In this document: piece after piece, positions 38,997-47,676 of the stretch
Numbering within the stretch: the first letter of the stretch is position 1
How the letters are laid out: every line of letters begins with the position of its first letter
Source: Candidatus Omnitrophota bacterium
GTDB lineage: Bacteria; Omnitrophota; Omnitrophia; Omnitrophales; JACROU01
Length of the DNA: 64,000 nt
Reading direction: 5' to 3'
Assembly: GCA_016214265.1 (NCBI GenBank)
Contig: JACROU010000034.1
Coordinates: 5,878-69,877, forward strand
Notes under the pieces: model-generated
Seen by the model: only the letters and a program-made list of their open reading frames with translations
What the model was told of the DNA's origin: nothing
The model's database searches: none
Translations under genes and position numbers: made by a program

Positions 38997-40403
38997 TTAG
39001 AAAGCGGCGGTCACTGATGCCACAAAACCGTCGTCATTTCCATTTTCAAGTGGTTCATTTTTCATTCTGTTCCATTGATATTCTAATTTGAGGGCCCACG
39101 TTGCAACGGGGCGATAGTTTAAGCCGATAGTCCAGCGTTCCTCATTATTGGTTCCCGAATAAAAGAGCGGATCTGAATCATCATCGATTCGCGCATTGTC
39201 ATACTGAAACACCAAAACAAAGGTTGGATCTGAAAATCCCCTTCCGAGAAAAGTTTCATTTAAGGAATTAAACCAAAACTTATAAGCGCCCTGAACATAA
39301 AATCCTCGCAAAGTTTCAGGAACTGGAAGGGTGGTTCCCGATTGAAACCCTCCTTCTTGAAGATCAAAAAGAGCATATTCGCCCTTGACCTCAAAGGGTC
39401 CTTTTTTCAACTTTGCATCGAGATCAAAACCATTGACCTTATGGCTTGATGTACTGTATTTCCCAAAATAACCACTGGCTCCCAACTCGGCCCAGGAAAA
39501 AGGATTCAACCCCAAACGTCCCACGAAGGCTTTGTTATTATTGTTATCCACACCGTAAGCCCCTCGCGCTTGTCTAAGCCCGGCCGTATCGGTAATTCCT
39601 GTATCCGTCAAACCATTAATAAAATAAAGCTGATAATCCAGACTGAAATCTTTAAACCATCCTCCCAGATGATCACCCAAAAACATACCGCCCGTGGAAC
39701 CTGCCCCCGCTTCCGACCACGTGGCCGGAATAACCCGCGATTCGACAATGGGACGATCAGTTAAATACTGGAAAGGCTGGAAATGTTCCAAATTGTATTT
39801 TCCGAAAGGAACAAGAACCACACCGGCTCGTGGTTTAATCAGATCGTGAACATAATATTCCAACCATGCCTGTTCTACTTCCACCTGCCCCGCTCTTACT
39901 CCGGACGTTTCCGCGGTTCTCTCAAACTCTATTTCTCCAAAAATACTGAGTCGATCTGACATTGTTGCTTTTGCCAGCAGTTCTATATTCCTGGCGTCAA
40001 AACGTGAACGTTCACCATCCAGATGTTTATAATCCAGTGTGTTATAAAGATCGAAATCCACCGCGTTCTTCATTTTCTCTTCGACGGCATCCTGACGTTG
40101 TATTAAATAACCCAACTCTTCACCTGTTTTTGTTGCTTCTACCAACTCTTTGCTATTCCCAGCAATATCTTTTGAGCTCTTTTGCTCCTCAAAATATTTA
40201 ATTTTGGTGCTCATGTCCTGAATCTCACTTCGCATTGCTACCATTTCTTTTTCCTGGTCCGCCATTTTTGCTTCCATTTTTTGGACCAGGTCTTTCAAAG
40301 CAGATTCGTCCGAAGCCTGAAGTTGTCCAAAGCTAAAAAACACCCCTCCCACGATCAAAAATATAAAGATGCTTGTTCTATTAATAAATCTGACTTTTTG
40401 CAT
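38997..40403 (-). CDS. outer-membrane porin-like beta-barrel with N-terminal coiled coil
   Basis: Signal peptide, coiled coil, EIEFE, VEQAWLEY, G..LVPFG.YN..H, DNNNNKAFVGR, KLEYQ, terminal F. Confidence 0.8.
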   Translation of the reverse strand: MQKVRFINRTSIFIFLIVGGVFFSFGQLQASDESALKDLVQKMEAKMADQEKEMVAMRSEIQDMSTKIKYFEEQKSSKDIAGNSKELVEATKTGEELGYLIQRQDAVEEKMKNAVDFDLYNTLDYKHLDGERSRFDARNIELLAKATMSDRLSIFGEIEFERTAETSGVRAGQVEVEQAWLEYYVHDLIKPRAGVVLVPFGKYNLEHFQPFQYLTDRPIVESRVIPATWSEAGAGSTGGMFLGDHLGGWFKDFSLDYQLYFINGLTDTGITDTAGLRQARGAYGVDNNNNKAFVGRLGLNPFSWAELGASGYFGKYSTSSHKVNGFDLDAKLKKGPFEVKGEYALFDLQEGGFQSGTTLPVPETLRGFYVQGAYKFWFNSLNETFLGRGFSDPTFVLVFQYDNARIDDDSDPLFYSGTNNEERWTIGLNYRPVATWALKLEYQWNRMKNEPLENGNDDGFVASVTAAF

Positions 40404-40494
40404 GGCCTTGTTATCGACAGAACTATGCCAGGCATTAAATTAAAAATGTTTACTGGAAATCGTTTGGCAAGCTTAATGTTTGTGCAGGTAAAAT

Positions 40495-40573
40495 TGGGGT
40501 GAGCGACGGGAATTGAACCCGCAACCCCTAGATCCACAATCTAGTGCTCTGACCAGGTTGAGCTACGCTCACC
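40495..40573 (-). tRNA. tRNA-His (GUG)
   Basis: GGTGAGCGTAGCTCAACCTGGTCAGAGCACTAGATTGTGGATCTAGGGGTTGCGGGTTCAATTCCCGTCGCTCACCCCA: cloverleaf, GTG anticodon, G-1, encoded CCA. Confidence 0.97.
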
Positions 40574-40622
40574 ACGCAGGGGATGAAAAAAGGACGGCGA
40601 TTATAACTTAAGGAAGGAGCGG

Positions 40623-41096
40623 TTAAAACTTTAAAATATTCTTTCCTTCGAGGTCGAACCATAAAACAAAAATGAACAAGAACGCGCTGGAGAGCATCAT
40701 CGCCCACGACCAAATACCGTCCCACCGGCCGCCCATTCTCTCCCAAAATACCAGCTTGGAACTTTTGTGGTAGCGATCACGAAGCTCTCTGGGCGTGAGC
40801 GGCAGCGGGCTCAAGGGATTACGCACACGATCTTCCATTTCCTGCAGCAGAAGGCAATACGCCTTTTGAATAAAATTGTGGCGCAAGCTCAGCATAACGA
40901 TCCCCAAGAGAAAAAAAAGGAGCAAAACAAACGATGTGATTTTAGTCATCACGCTCAGTTGCGAGACATCAACCCGCTGGGCCAGATACGATACAATCGC
41001 CGCGGTCACGGGGATACTCCAAAACACGTTGATGTGAGAACGCCGCTGTTCGAAAATTTGATTGTACTGCGCCAAATGAAGTTCTTTTTCATCCAT
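40623..41096 (-). CDS. hypothetical membrane protein
   Basis: 157 aa, about 3 hydrophobic helices; start overlaps the riboflavin synthase stop. Confidence 0.6.
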   Translation of the reverse strand: MDEKELHLAQYNQIFEQRRSHINVFWSIPVTAAIVSYLAQRVDVSQLSVMTKITSFVLLLFFLLGIVMLSLRHNFIQKAYCLLLQEMEDRVRNPLSPLPLTPRELRDRYHKSSKLVFWERMGGRWDGIWSWAMMLSSAFLFIFVLWFDLEGKNILKF

Positions 41097-41694
41097 TTCT
41101 TTTCATAAGCTCCTCTACATGTTTGCGCACATACTTGGACAAAACATCCACTTCCAAATTCACCGTATCCCCCACTTTCAAACCGGACATATTCGTTTCC
41201 TCGAGTGTGTGCGGAATAATCGCAACCACAAACGAATCTTTGGCAAGCGATTGAATCGTCAAGCTGATTCCATCCACAGTGATGGATCCTTTAGAAATCA
41301 GATCGTCCATAATTTCGCGGCCGGCGCGGATATGAAACTCGATATTTTTCCCTTTTTTGATTTTGCGAATAATATTTCCGGTTCCGTCCACGTGGCCCTG
41401 AACCATGTGCCCGCCAAGCCGGTCCGACATCCGCAAGGAACGTTCAAAATTAATCAAACTGCCTCGCGACAATTTCCCAAGCGATGTCGCCTTGAGCGTC
41501 GCGCGGATCACATCCACTTCAACAAAATCATCCCCAAAATCAACAATGGTCAAGCAAACGCCGTTCGTCGCCAGACTGTCACCAATTTTCATATCATCCT
41601 GAAGATCGCGAACAGCAAAACGAAAACGGACGACGTTACCCTTGGCTTTTTTGGAAAGAACTGTTCCTTTTTTCTCGACGATTCCGGTAAACAT
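41089..41694 (-). CDS. ribE: riboflavin synthase alpha chain
   Basis: MFTGIVE start, GDSLATNGVCLT, NFERSL, GGHMVQGHVDG, GISLT, IIPHT. Confidence 0.96.
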   Translation of the reverse strand: MFTGIVEKKGTVLSKKAKGNVVRFRFAVRDLQDDMKIGDSLATNGVCLTIVDFGDDFVEVDVIRATLKATSLGKLSRGSLINFERSLRMSDRLGGHMVQGHVDGTGNIIRKIKKGKNIEFHIRAGREIMDDLISKGSITVDGISLTIQSLAKDSFVVAIIPHTLEETNMSGLKVGDTVNLEVDVLSKYVRKHVEELMKRNG

Positions 41695-42752
41695 TATTTC
41701 ACATATCCTTCGATTAAAAAATCTTCGCCGGTTCGCGAACACCTCACCCCGCGAAGTCTGACCGATGTGCCTCCGCCAAGCATCAAGGGGGCGATGAACA
41801 TGCACACTTTATCAACGGCATTTGCGGCAAGAAACGCCGCACAAATTTCTCCGCCCCCTTCGACCATCAGAGAGGAAATACCCAGCCGATAAAGTTCCCT
41901 GAGAATCTCTTTAATATTCAACCGATGTTTTTTTTCGCCGACGCAAAACACTTCAACGCGACGGTCTTTTGCGTAAATCTCGATACGTCTCGAAGAATTA
42001 TTTTTCGAAGAAAAAACCACAGTCCGGGCATCCCGACCAAACACCTTGGAATGCCTCGAAAGCTTCAGGGTGCGATCTAAAATTACTCGTAGCGGAAGAC
42101 GCGGGGATTTTGACTTCGATTTCAAAAGATAAGGTACGAGGCGTGGATTATCGTTCTCGACGGTTCGGGTTCCGACCAAAATCGCGTCGACTTTACTTCG
42201 CAGCCGGTGTACCCATTTCCGTGCCTCAAGCCCGCTGATCCATTCGCGCGAGTGTTTGGCTGTCGTGATTTTCCCGTCAAGGCTTTCAGCCATTTTCAGG
42301 ATCACAAACGGACGCTTCTTCGCGTGAAACGTGAAAAAGGCTTCGTTTTGCTCGGCGACTTTGTCAGCGAGAATCCCGGATGAGACTTTCACACCTGCCT
42401 TTTTCAAGATTGAAATCCCCTTTTTGTGGTGACGAGGATTCGGATCCAAAGCACCGACAATCACTTCGTTCACACTGGATTTCAAAATCGCATCGGTGCA
42501 CGGCGGCGTTTTTCCATACGTCGAGCAGGGCTCCAAACTCACGTACAGAGTTGCCCCTTTGGCTCGGAAGCCCGCCTTTTTCAGCGCAACGACTTCCGCA
42601 TGCGGACCGCCGAAAAAGGAATGATACCCTCCCGCGATCAATTTCCCTTTTTTCACAACGCAGGCGCCTACCATCGGATTCGGTGACACGCGTCCCCTGC
42701 CCTGCTGCGCGAATCTGATGCAATGATCAATCCACTTGCCATGTTTAGACAT
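41694..42752 (-). CDS. ribD: bifunctional pyrimidine deaminase/reductase
   Basis: SPNPMVG, HAEV, LEPC......PPC, SLDG, DNPRL, VEGG. Confidence 0.97.
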   Translation of the reverse strand: MSKHGKWIDHCIRFAQQGRGRVSPNPMVGACVVKKGKLIAGGYHSFFGGPHAEVVALKKAGFRAKGATLYVSLEPCSTYGKTPPCTDAILKSSVNEVIVGALDPNPRHHKKGISILKKAGVKVSSGILADKVAEQNEAFFTFHAKKRPFVILKMAESLDGKITTAKHSREWISGLEARKWVHRLRSKVDAILVGTRTVENDNPRLVPYLLKSKSKSPRLPLRVILDRTLKLSRHSKVFGRDARTVVFSSKNNSSRRIEIYAKDRRVEVFCVGEKKHRLNIKEILRELYRLGISSLMVEGGGEICAAFLAANAVDKVCMFIAPLMLGGGTSVRLRGVRCSRTGEDFLIEGYVK

Positions 42753-42766
42753 AAAATGATGTTTTC

Positions 42767-42801
42767 AGCTATTGGCTGATAGCTATTAGCTAATAGCTAT
42801 T
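42767..42801. repeat. five tandem heptamers forming a 22-bp palindrome between nusB and ribD
   Basis: AGCTATT-GGCTGAT-AGCTATT-AGCTAAT-AGCTATT; 42779-42800 ATAGCTATTAG|CTAATAGCTAT. Confidence 0.75.
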
Positions 42802-43225
42802 GTTCTTTCCCGCTCGGAAGTTTTTCAGAGTGACTGATTTTATCGAGAATGCCGTTCACAAATTTTCCGGAATCCGCCTGGGAAAATTTTTTAGCAAGGT
42901 TCACAGCTTCATTGAGGGTCACTTTGGGAGGAACATCAGCGGAGTTGAGCAATTCGTAAGCGGCCAGCCTCAAAATATTACGGTCGATCACGGCCATGCG
43001 GTTTAAATGCCAATTTTCAGCGTACTTTTTGATTAACTCATCGAGTTCCATAATTTTCCCGGTGGTCCCCCGAACCAGCCCTTCGGTAAATTTCCGGATT
43101 TCCGGATCATCCAAATCGCTGTGCTCCCAAAAATCACGAAGCACATCATCCACCTCGCTTTGCGTCAGATGAAGTTGATATAAAATTTGAAGGGCATATT
43201 CCCGGGCAATCGTGCGTTTGCGCAT
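42797..43225 (-). CDS. nusB: transcription antitermination factor
   Basis: R..AREYALQILYQ, W...RMA.IDRNILR, NEAV.LAKKF, FVNGILD. Confidence 0.97.
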   Translation of the reverse strand: MRKRTIAREYALQILYQLHLTQSEVDDVLRDFWEHSDLDDPEIRKFTEGLVRGTTGKIMELDELIKKYAENWHLNRMAVIDRNILRLAAYELLNSADVPPKVTLNEAVNLAKKFSQADSGKFVNGILDKISHSEKLPSGKEQ

Positions 43226-43689
43226 TAAATTTGATCCTTTAAATTCAGAATCTGAAGAAGCACTTCGGCCGCCTCGCGGCCTTTGTTGCCGTGCTTGCCG
43301 CCGGAGCGTTCCAGTGCCTGCCGGTCCGTATTCGTGGTCAGAACACCGAAAGCAATCGGCGAGCGCGTCACGAGCTGAACTTTCATAATTCCCTGCACCA
43401 GACCGGAAGAGACATAATCGAAATGAGCCGTTTCGCCGCGGATGACGGCACCCAGCGCGATCACGCCGTCATTCTTTTTCTTCACGATCAATTCCTGCGC
43501 GACAAACGGAATCTCAAAAGCCCCCGGCACCCAAGTCACCGTGATATTTTCTTTTTTCACGCCCGCGCGGACCAATTCAGCCAGACAGCCTTTCAACAGC
43601 CGCTCGGTAATTTCACCGTTAAACCGGGACGCGACAATGCCAACACGCCTCTTTCTTCCAATTGATTTGCCTTCCAAAATTTTTGTCAT
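43225..43689 (-). CDS. ribH: 6,7-dimethyl-8-ribityllumazine synthase
   Basis: SRFN, VPGAFEIP, GAVIRGETAHF, FGVLT, GNKG.EAA. Confidence 0.97.
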   Translation of the reverse strand: MTKILEGKSIGRKRRVGIVASRFNGEITERLLKGCLAELVRAGVKKENITVTWVPGAFEIPFVAQELIVKKKNDGVIALGAVIRGETAHFDYVSSGLVQGIMKVQLVTRSPIAFGVLTTNTDRQALERSGGKHGNKGREAAEVLLQILNLKDQI

Positions 43690-43749
43690 GGAGTGAAATG
43701 GGGGTAAAAATGGCTTTTGTCATTTCCGCAAAAGCGCGAATGGCAACTA

Positions 43750-44943
43750 TTACAACCGATGACCCAATTTTTCTTGTTTTGTTTTTAAGTACGTTTCATT
43801 CAGTTCGTGTTTGGGCATAATCAAAGGAACGCGTTCGACCACTTTTAGTCCGTGCCCTTCGAGCCCGACAATTTTCCGGGGATTGTTCGTGATGAGCCGA
43901 ATTTCGGCCAGTCCCAGATCGCGTAAAATTTGCGCACCGACACCGTAATCGCGAAGATCCGCTTTAAACCCCAGCTGCTGATTCGCTTCGACCGTATCCA
44001 GCCCCTGATCCTGCAATTCGTAAGCCTTGATTTTGTTAGCCAAACCAATGCCGCGCCCCTCCTGCCTCATATAAAGAAGAACACCGGTGCCGGCATCTTC
44101 AATCATTTTCATCGCGCCAAGAAGCTGATACTGACAATCGCAGCGCAGGGACCCCAGCACATCGCCCGTGAAACATTCCGAGTGAACGCGCACCATCGTC
44201 GACTTGTCATTCACATCGCCACGCACCATCGCCACGTGATCTTTTCCATCCACGTGCGATCGATATAACTTAATCTTCCATTCACCGTGCTGAGTGGGCA
44301 GTTTCGCTTCACTCATTTTCTCTACCAGCTTGTCAAACTTATAACGGTACTCAATCAGCGATTGAATCGTGCCGATTTTGAGTCCGTGTTGCTTGGCGAA
44401 AACAAGAAGTTCCGGCGTTCGTGCCATCGTACCGTCATCATTCATAATTTCACAAATCACAGCCATCGGCTGAAATCCGGCCAACCGCGCCAAATCAACT
44501 CCGGCCTCGGTGTGTCCAGCGCGGGTCATGACGCCGCCCTGTTTGGCTTTAAGCGGAAAAATGTGGCCGGGACTGGCAATATCGCGAAAATTCCTTTTGG
44601 GGTCGACCAGCACCTCAATCGTGCGCGCGCGGTCAAACGCGGAAATACCCGTAGTGATTCCGAGTTTGGCATCGACAGAAAATGTAAATGCGGTTTTCGA
44701 CATGTCATCTTTGTTCTTGCCCACCATGTCCGAAAGATAAAATTCATTGGCTCGATCTTCCGTCATCGGCACGCAAATCAGACCGCGCCCGTGTTTGGAC
44801 ATGAAATTAATCATTTCCGGCGTAACGCATTGCGCGGCAAAAACTAAATCGCCTTCGTTCTCACGCGACTCATCATCGGTCATAATAACCATCTTGCCCG
44901 CGCGGATATCAGAGATTATTTCTTCGATCGTGTTGAATGACAT
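43750..44943 (-). CDS. ribBA: bifunctional DHBP synthase / GTP cyclohydrolase II
   Basis: [29 protein letters not shown]; [28 protein letters not shown]. Confidence 0.98.
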   Translation of the reverse strand: MSFNTIEEIISDIRAGKMVIMTDDESRENEGDLVFAAQCVTPEMINFMSKHGRGLICVPMTEDRANEFYLSDMVGKNKDDMSKTAFTFSVDAKLGITTGISAFDRARTIEVLVDPKRNFRDIASPGHIFPLKAKQGGVMTRAGHTEAGVDLARLAGFQPMAVICEIMNDDGTMARTPELLVFAKQHGLKIGTIQSLIEYRYKFDKLVEKMSEAKLPTQHGEWKIKLYRSHVDGKDHVAMVRGDVNDKSTMVRVHSECFTGDVLGSLRCDCQYQLLGAMKMIEDAGTGVLLYMRQEGRGIGLANKIKAYELQDQGLDTVEANQQLGFKADLRDYGVGAQILRDLGLAEIRLITNNPRKIVGLEGHGLKVVERVPLIMPKHELNETYLKTKQEKLGHRL

Positions 44944-44966
44944 AAGGTTAGGATTTTAACAGACAA

Positions 44967-45884
44967 TCAGCTTATTTCCAACTGCCGGATAAGCACCTTC
45001 ATATCTTCCGGCAAGTCAGATTCAAACGTAAGTGTTTTTCCTGTGCGGGGATGCTGAATGGTAAGCCGTTTAGCGTGCAGGGCCTGACGGTTGATAAAAG
45101 GGTTCTTCACGCCATAGAAAACATCGCCCAAAACGGGATGCCCCAAATGCGCCATGTGCACACGAATTTGATGCGTACGGCCGGTTCCCAGGCTCACCTC
45201 AAGCAATGTCGCTGATTTGTAGCGCGCAAGAACGCGGAACATTGTATGCGCGGTTTTGCCGCCAGTAGGTTTGACGATGATTTTTTTCCGGTTCACAAAC
45301 GCCCTGCCAATCGGCTCGCGGCATTCTCCCTGATCATGCTGAACCACACCTTTCACGAAAGCCCAATAAATCCGTTTCGCCGTGCGATTTTTAATTTGCT
45401 TGGCCAGTGACGCATGCGCCATCTCATTCTTCGCAACCACCAGAATGCCGGACGTATCTTTATCGAGCCGGTGTACGATTCCGGGACGAAGCGCATCCCG
45501 GGTTTTCGAAAGCTCGCCGCCCAAATGGAATAAAAGCGCATTCACGAGAGTGTGCTCTTTGTTTCCCGGCGCGGGATGAACCACCATCCCCACTGGTTTA
45601 TTAATGACGATCAAATCTTTGTCTTCGAAAAGAATCTCGAGTGGAATTTCTTCTGCTTCCAAATGCATACCGCCTTCGGTGACAAGATTCACCTCAATCT
45701 CGTCGCCGCCCTTCACCACCGTATGGGGCTTGCAGCGGACATCATTAATTTTGATCACACCGGAGGCAAAATATTTTTTCAGCTGACTGCGTGAGAGCTC
45801 GCCCATAAGATTCCGGGCCAGATAAGTGTCGATGCGTTGACCCGTGTCGAACGGTTCAACGCGGAAGGTTTTGTCTATTTTCAT
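44967..45884 (-). CDS. rluD: RluA/RluD pseudouridine synthase with S4 domain
   Basis: NKPVGMVVHP, GIVHRLDKDTSG, TGRTHQIRVH, RQALHA. Confidence 0.92.
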   Translation of the reverse strand: MKIDKTFRVEPFDTGQRIDTYLARNLMGELSRSQLKKYFASGVIKINDVRCKPHTVVKGGDEIEVNLVTEGGMHLEAEEIPLEILFEDKDLIVINKPVGMVVHPAPGNKEHTLVNALLFHLGGELSKTRDALRPGIVHRLDKDTSGILVVAKNEMAHASLAKQIKNRTAKRIYWAFVKGVVQHDQGECREPIGRAFVNRKKIIVKPTGGKTAHTMFRVLARYKSATLLEVSLGTGRTHQIRVHMAHLGHPVLGDVFYGVKNPFINRQALHAKRLTIQHPRTGKTLTFESDLPEDMKVLIRQLEIS

Positions 45885-46635
45885 TAGAAGTAGAAACGAT
45901 ATCTTTCTTTCGGAAAAGGATCAGGTAAAGCACGCCGGCGACAACAACGAAGGCAAGCGATGTAATTTGAGCCTGCGTCATCCCCCAGATGACAGGAATA
46001 TTATCCCCGCGATAATACTCGCCCATAAACCGGTTCTGTCCGTACAGCACCAGATAAGCGATGGTGATTTCGCCCACAAAAGATCGGCGCGGGTAACGGT
46101 ACGCCAAAAAGACAAACAAAATAAAGTCAAAAATCGAAAAATAAATCTGCGTAGGATGAACCACCTCTTTCAAGAACGGGAATTTTACCGCCCACGGCAA
46201 ATGTGTCGGGGTGCCGTAGCAACAACCATTCAGAAAACAACCGATGCGTCCGAAAGCCATCGCCAGCGACACAGCGGGAAAATAAAGATCCGTCAGTTCA
46301 AAGAAATTGACGCGGCGAATCAAACAGAAAATGGCGAGCCCCACCACCGCGCCGATTAACCCGCCATAAATCACGAGTCCGCCCTGCCAAACCGCAAATA
46401 CTTCCATCGGATTTTTCTGGTAATAATCGAAGTGCTGCAGGACATAAAAAACACGGCCGCCCAAAATTCCCACAAACGTCAGAAACAGAATCAAATCAAT
46501 AATCTGATTCTGTTTCAATCCGGCAACCGGCTGTTGTTTTGATAAATAGAAAATGGCCGCAAGCACGCCAATGGCAAACATGAGGCCGTAAGAGTACAAA
46601 TGAATCGGTCCAACACTAAAAATAATTGGCAGCAT
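45856..46635 (-). CDS. lgt: prolipoprotein diacylglyceryl transferase
   Basis: YSYG, GGR.FYV, WQGGL..YGG, GRIGCFLNGCCYG, HPTQIY. Confidence 0.96.
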   Translation of the reverse strand: MLPIIFSVGPIHLYSYGLMFAIGVLAAIFYLSKQQPVAGLKQNQIIDLILFLTFVGILGGRVFYVLQHFDYYQKNPMEVFAVWQGGLVIYGGLIGAVVGLAIFCLIRRVNFFELTDLYFPAVSLAMAFGRIGCFLNGCCYGTPTHLPWAVKFPFLKEVVHPTQIYFSIFDFILFVFLAYRYPRRSFVGEITIAYLVLYGQNRFMGEYYRGDNIPVIWGMTQAQITSLAFVVVAGVLYLILFRKKDIVSTSNENRQNLPR

Positions 46636-46638
46636 AAA

Positions 46639-47109
46639 TTAAGCTCGCTTTCCTTTCAAAATCAGGAGAACCAAAATAGAAACACCCACCGTGATAAAAG
46701 AATCGGCCAGATTGAACACCGGCCAAATCCGGAAATCCAAAAAATCAATCACCGCGCCCTGAGTCATACGGTCAATGACATTACCAAGCGCACCGCCCAG
46801 CACAAATCCAAAACTCAGGCGGAACATTAATAATTCGTTTCTCATTTGAAAGGTGAGGTAGAACAGAACTAAAATCCCCAGAAAAATCGCAGCTAACAAC
46901 CATTTTGATCCGCCGTGAAAAAATCCGAAAGCAATTCCGGTGTTCCGAACCAGTGTCAGATGAAAAATATTGGAGATAACAGGCAAGGATTCCGTATCCC
47001 TGAGATAATACATTATGCAAGATTTTGAGGCTTGATCCAGACAGACAACCAGCAGAATAACAAGGGGTAAAAACCAGGTACTGACTCGGCAAGGACAAGT
47101 AGCGTTCAT
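46639..47109 (-). CDS. lspA: lipoprotein signal peptidase II
   Basis: DQ.SK, NTGIAFG, GGALGNVIDR, V.DFLD, WPVFNLAD. Confidence 0.96.
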   Translation of the reverse strand: MNATCPCRVSTWFLPLVILLVVCLDQASKSCIMYYLRDTESLPVISNIFHLTLVRNTGIAFGFFHGGSKWLLAAIFLGILVLFYLTFQMRNELLMFRLSFGFVLGGALGNVIDRMTQGAVIDFLDFRIWPVFNLADSFITVGVSILVLLILKGKRA

Positions 47110-47115
47110 GCTGTA

Positions 47116-47502
47116 CTATCCGCGCTTGGCCTTTTTCTCCTCTTCTTCTTTACATTTGATGCAAAGGCGGGCGTACGGAACGGCTTTGAGCCTTTCCATA
47201 CCAATAGGAACATTGCAATTTTCGCAAACACCGTAAGTTCCTTCTTCAATTTTCTTGAGGGCTTCATCGATCCGGTTTAAAAGCTGCTGCTCGTTCGACG
47301 CCAGATCAATGCTAAATTCACGGTCGAAATTATCCGTGGCAACATCAGCCATGTGAAAGGTGTAGCCTGACAAATCACCCGAGGCATCTCTTTGGCTCAT
47401 ATTCAAATTGTCTGTGGTGAAATGATCAATTCCAGCCGCAACGACTTTGCGCTGTTCTTCAAGCTGCTTCTTAATTTTGTCGTAATTGCGCTGTTGTTTC
47501 AT
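47116..47502 (-). CDS. dksA: DksA/TraR C4 zinc-finger protein
   Basis: HMADVATD coiled-coil tip, GTYGVCENC...I..ERL.AVPYA.LCIKC; start re-called at MKQQR. Confidence 0.88.
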   Translation of the reverse strand: MKQQRNYDKIKKQLEEQRKVVAAGIDHFTTDNLNMSQRDASGDLSGYTFHMADVATDNFDREFSIDLASNEQQLLNRIDEALKKIEEGTYGVCENCNVPIGMERLKAVPYARLCIKCKEEEEKKAKRG

Positions 47503-47676
47503 GGAAAGCCTCACTTTCACACTCAATAAGTATACCCGAGATTGAATTAAACTGCCAAAGGACTGCATCAAAAGCGGATGATTATACTCAAGCCGACCAA
47601 GACTTCAACATTCTTCTTCCATTGAACAAAGATTTCTTTATACTAATGCGACATTCCGGCAAAACATGGAGGTTTC

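Noticed and set aside
40415-40431. Sigma-54 promoter before the cassette porin (TGGCAT-agttc-TGTCG)
   Set aside because: The -12 TTGC element does not match and no NtrC-type activator is in the cassette.
43718-43745. Degenerate GTCATTnCCGC-AAAA-GCG hairpin between ribBA and ribH
   Set aside because: Imperfect stem without U-tract; REP-like but too weak to call from one copy.
44944-44966. FMN riboswitch before ribBA
   Set aside because: Only 23 nt intergenic; no RFN element seen here or in the other rib gene gaps.
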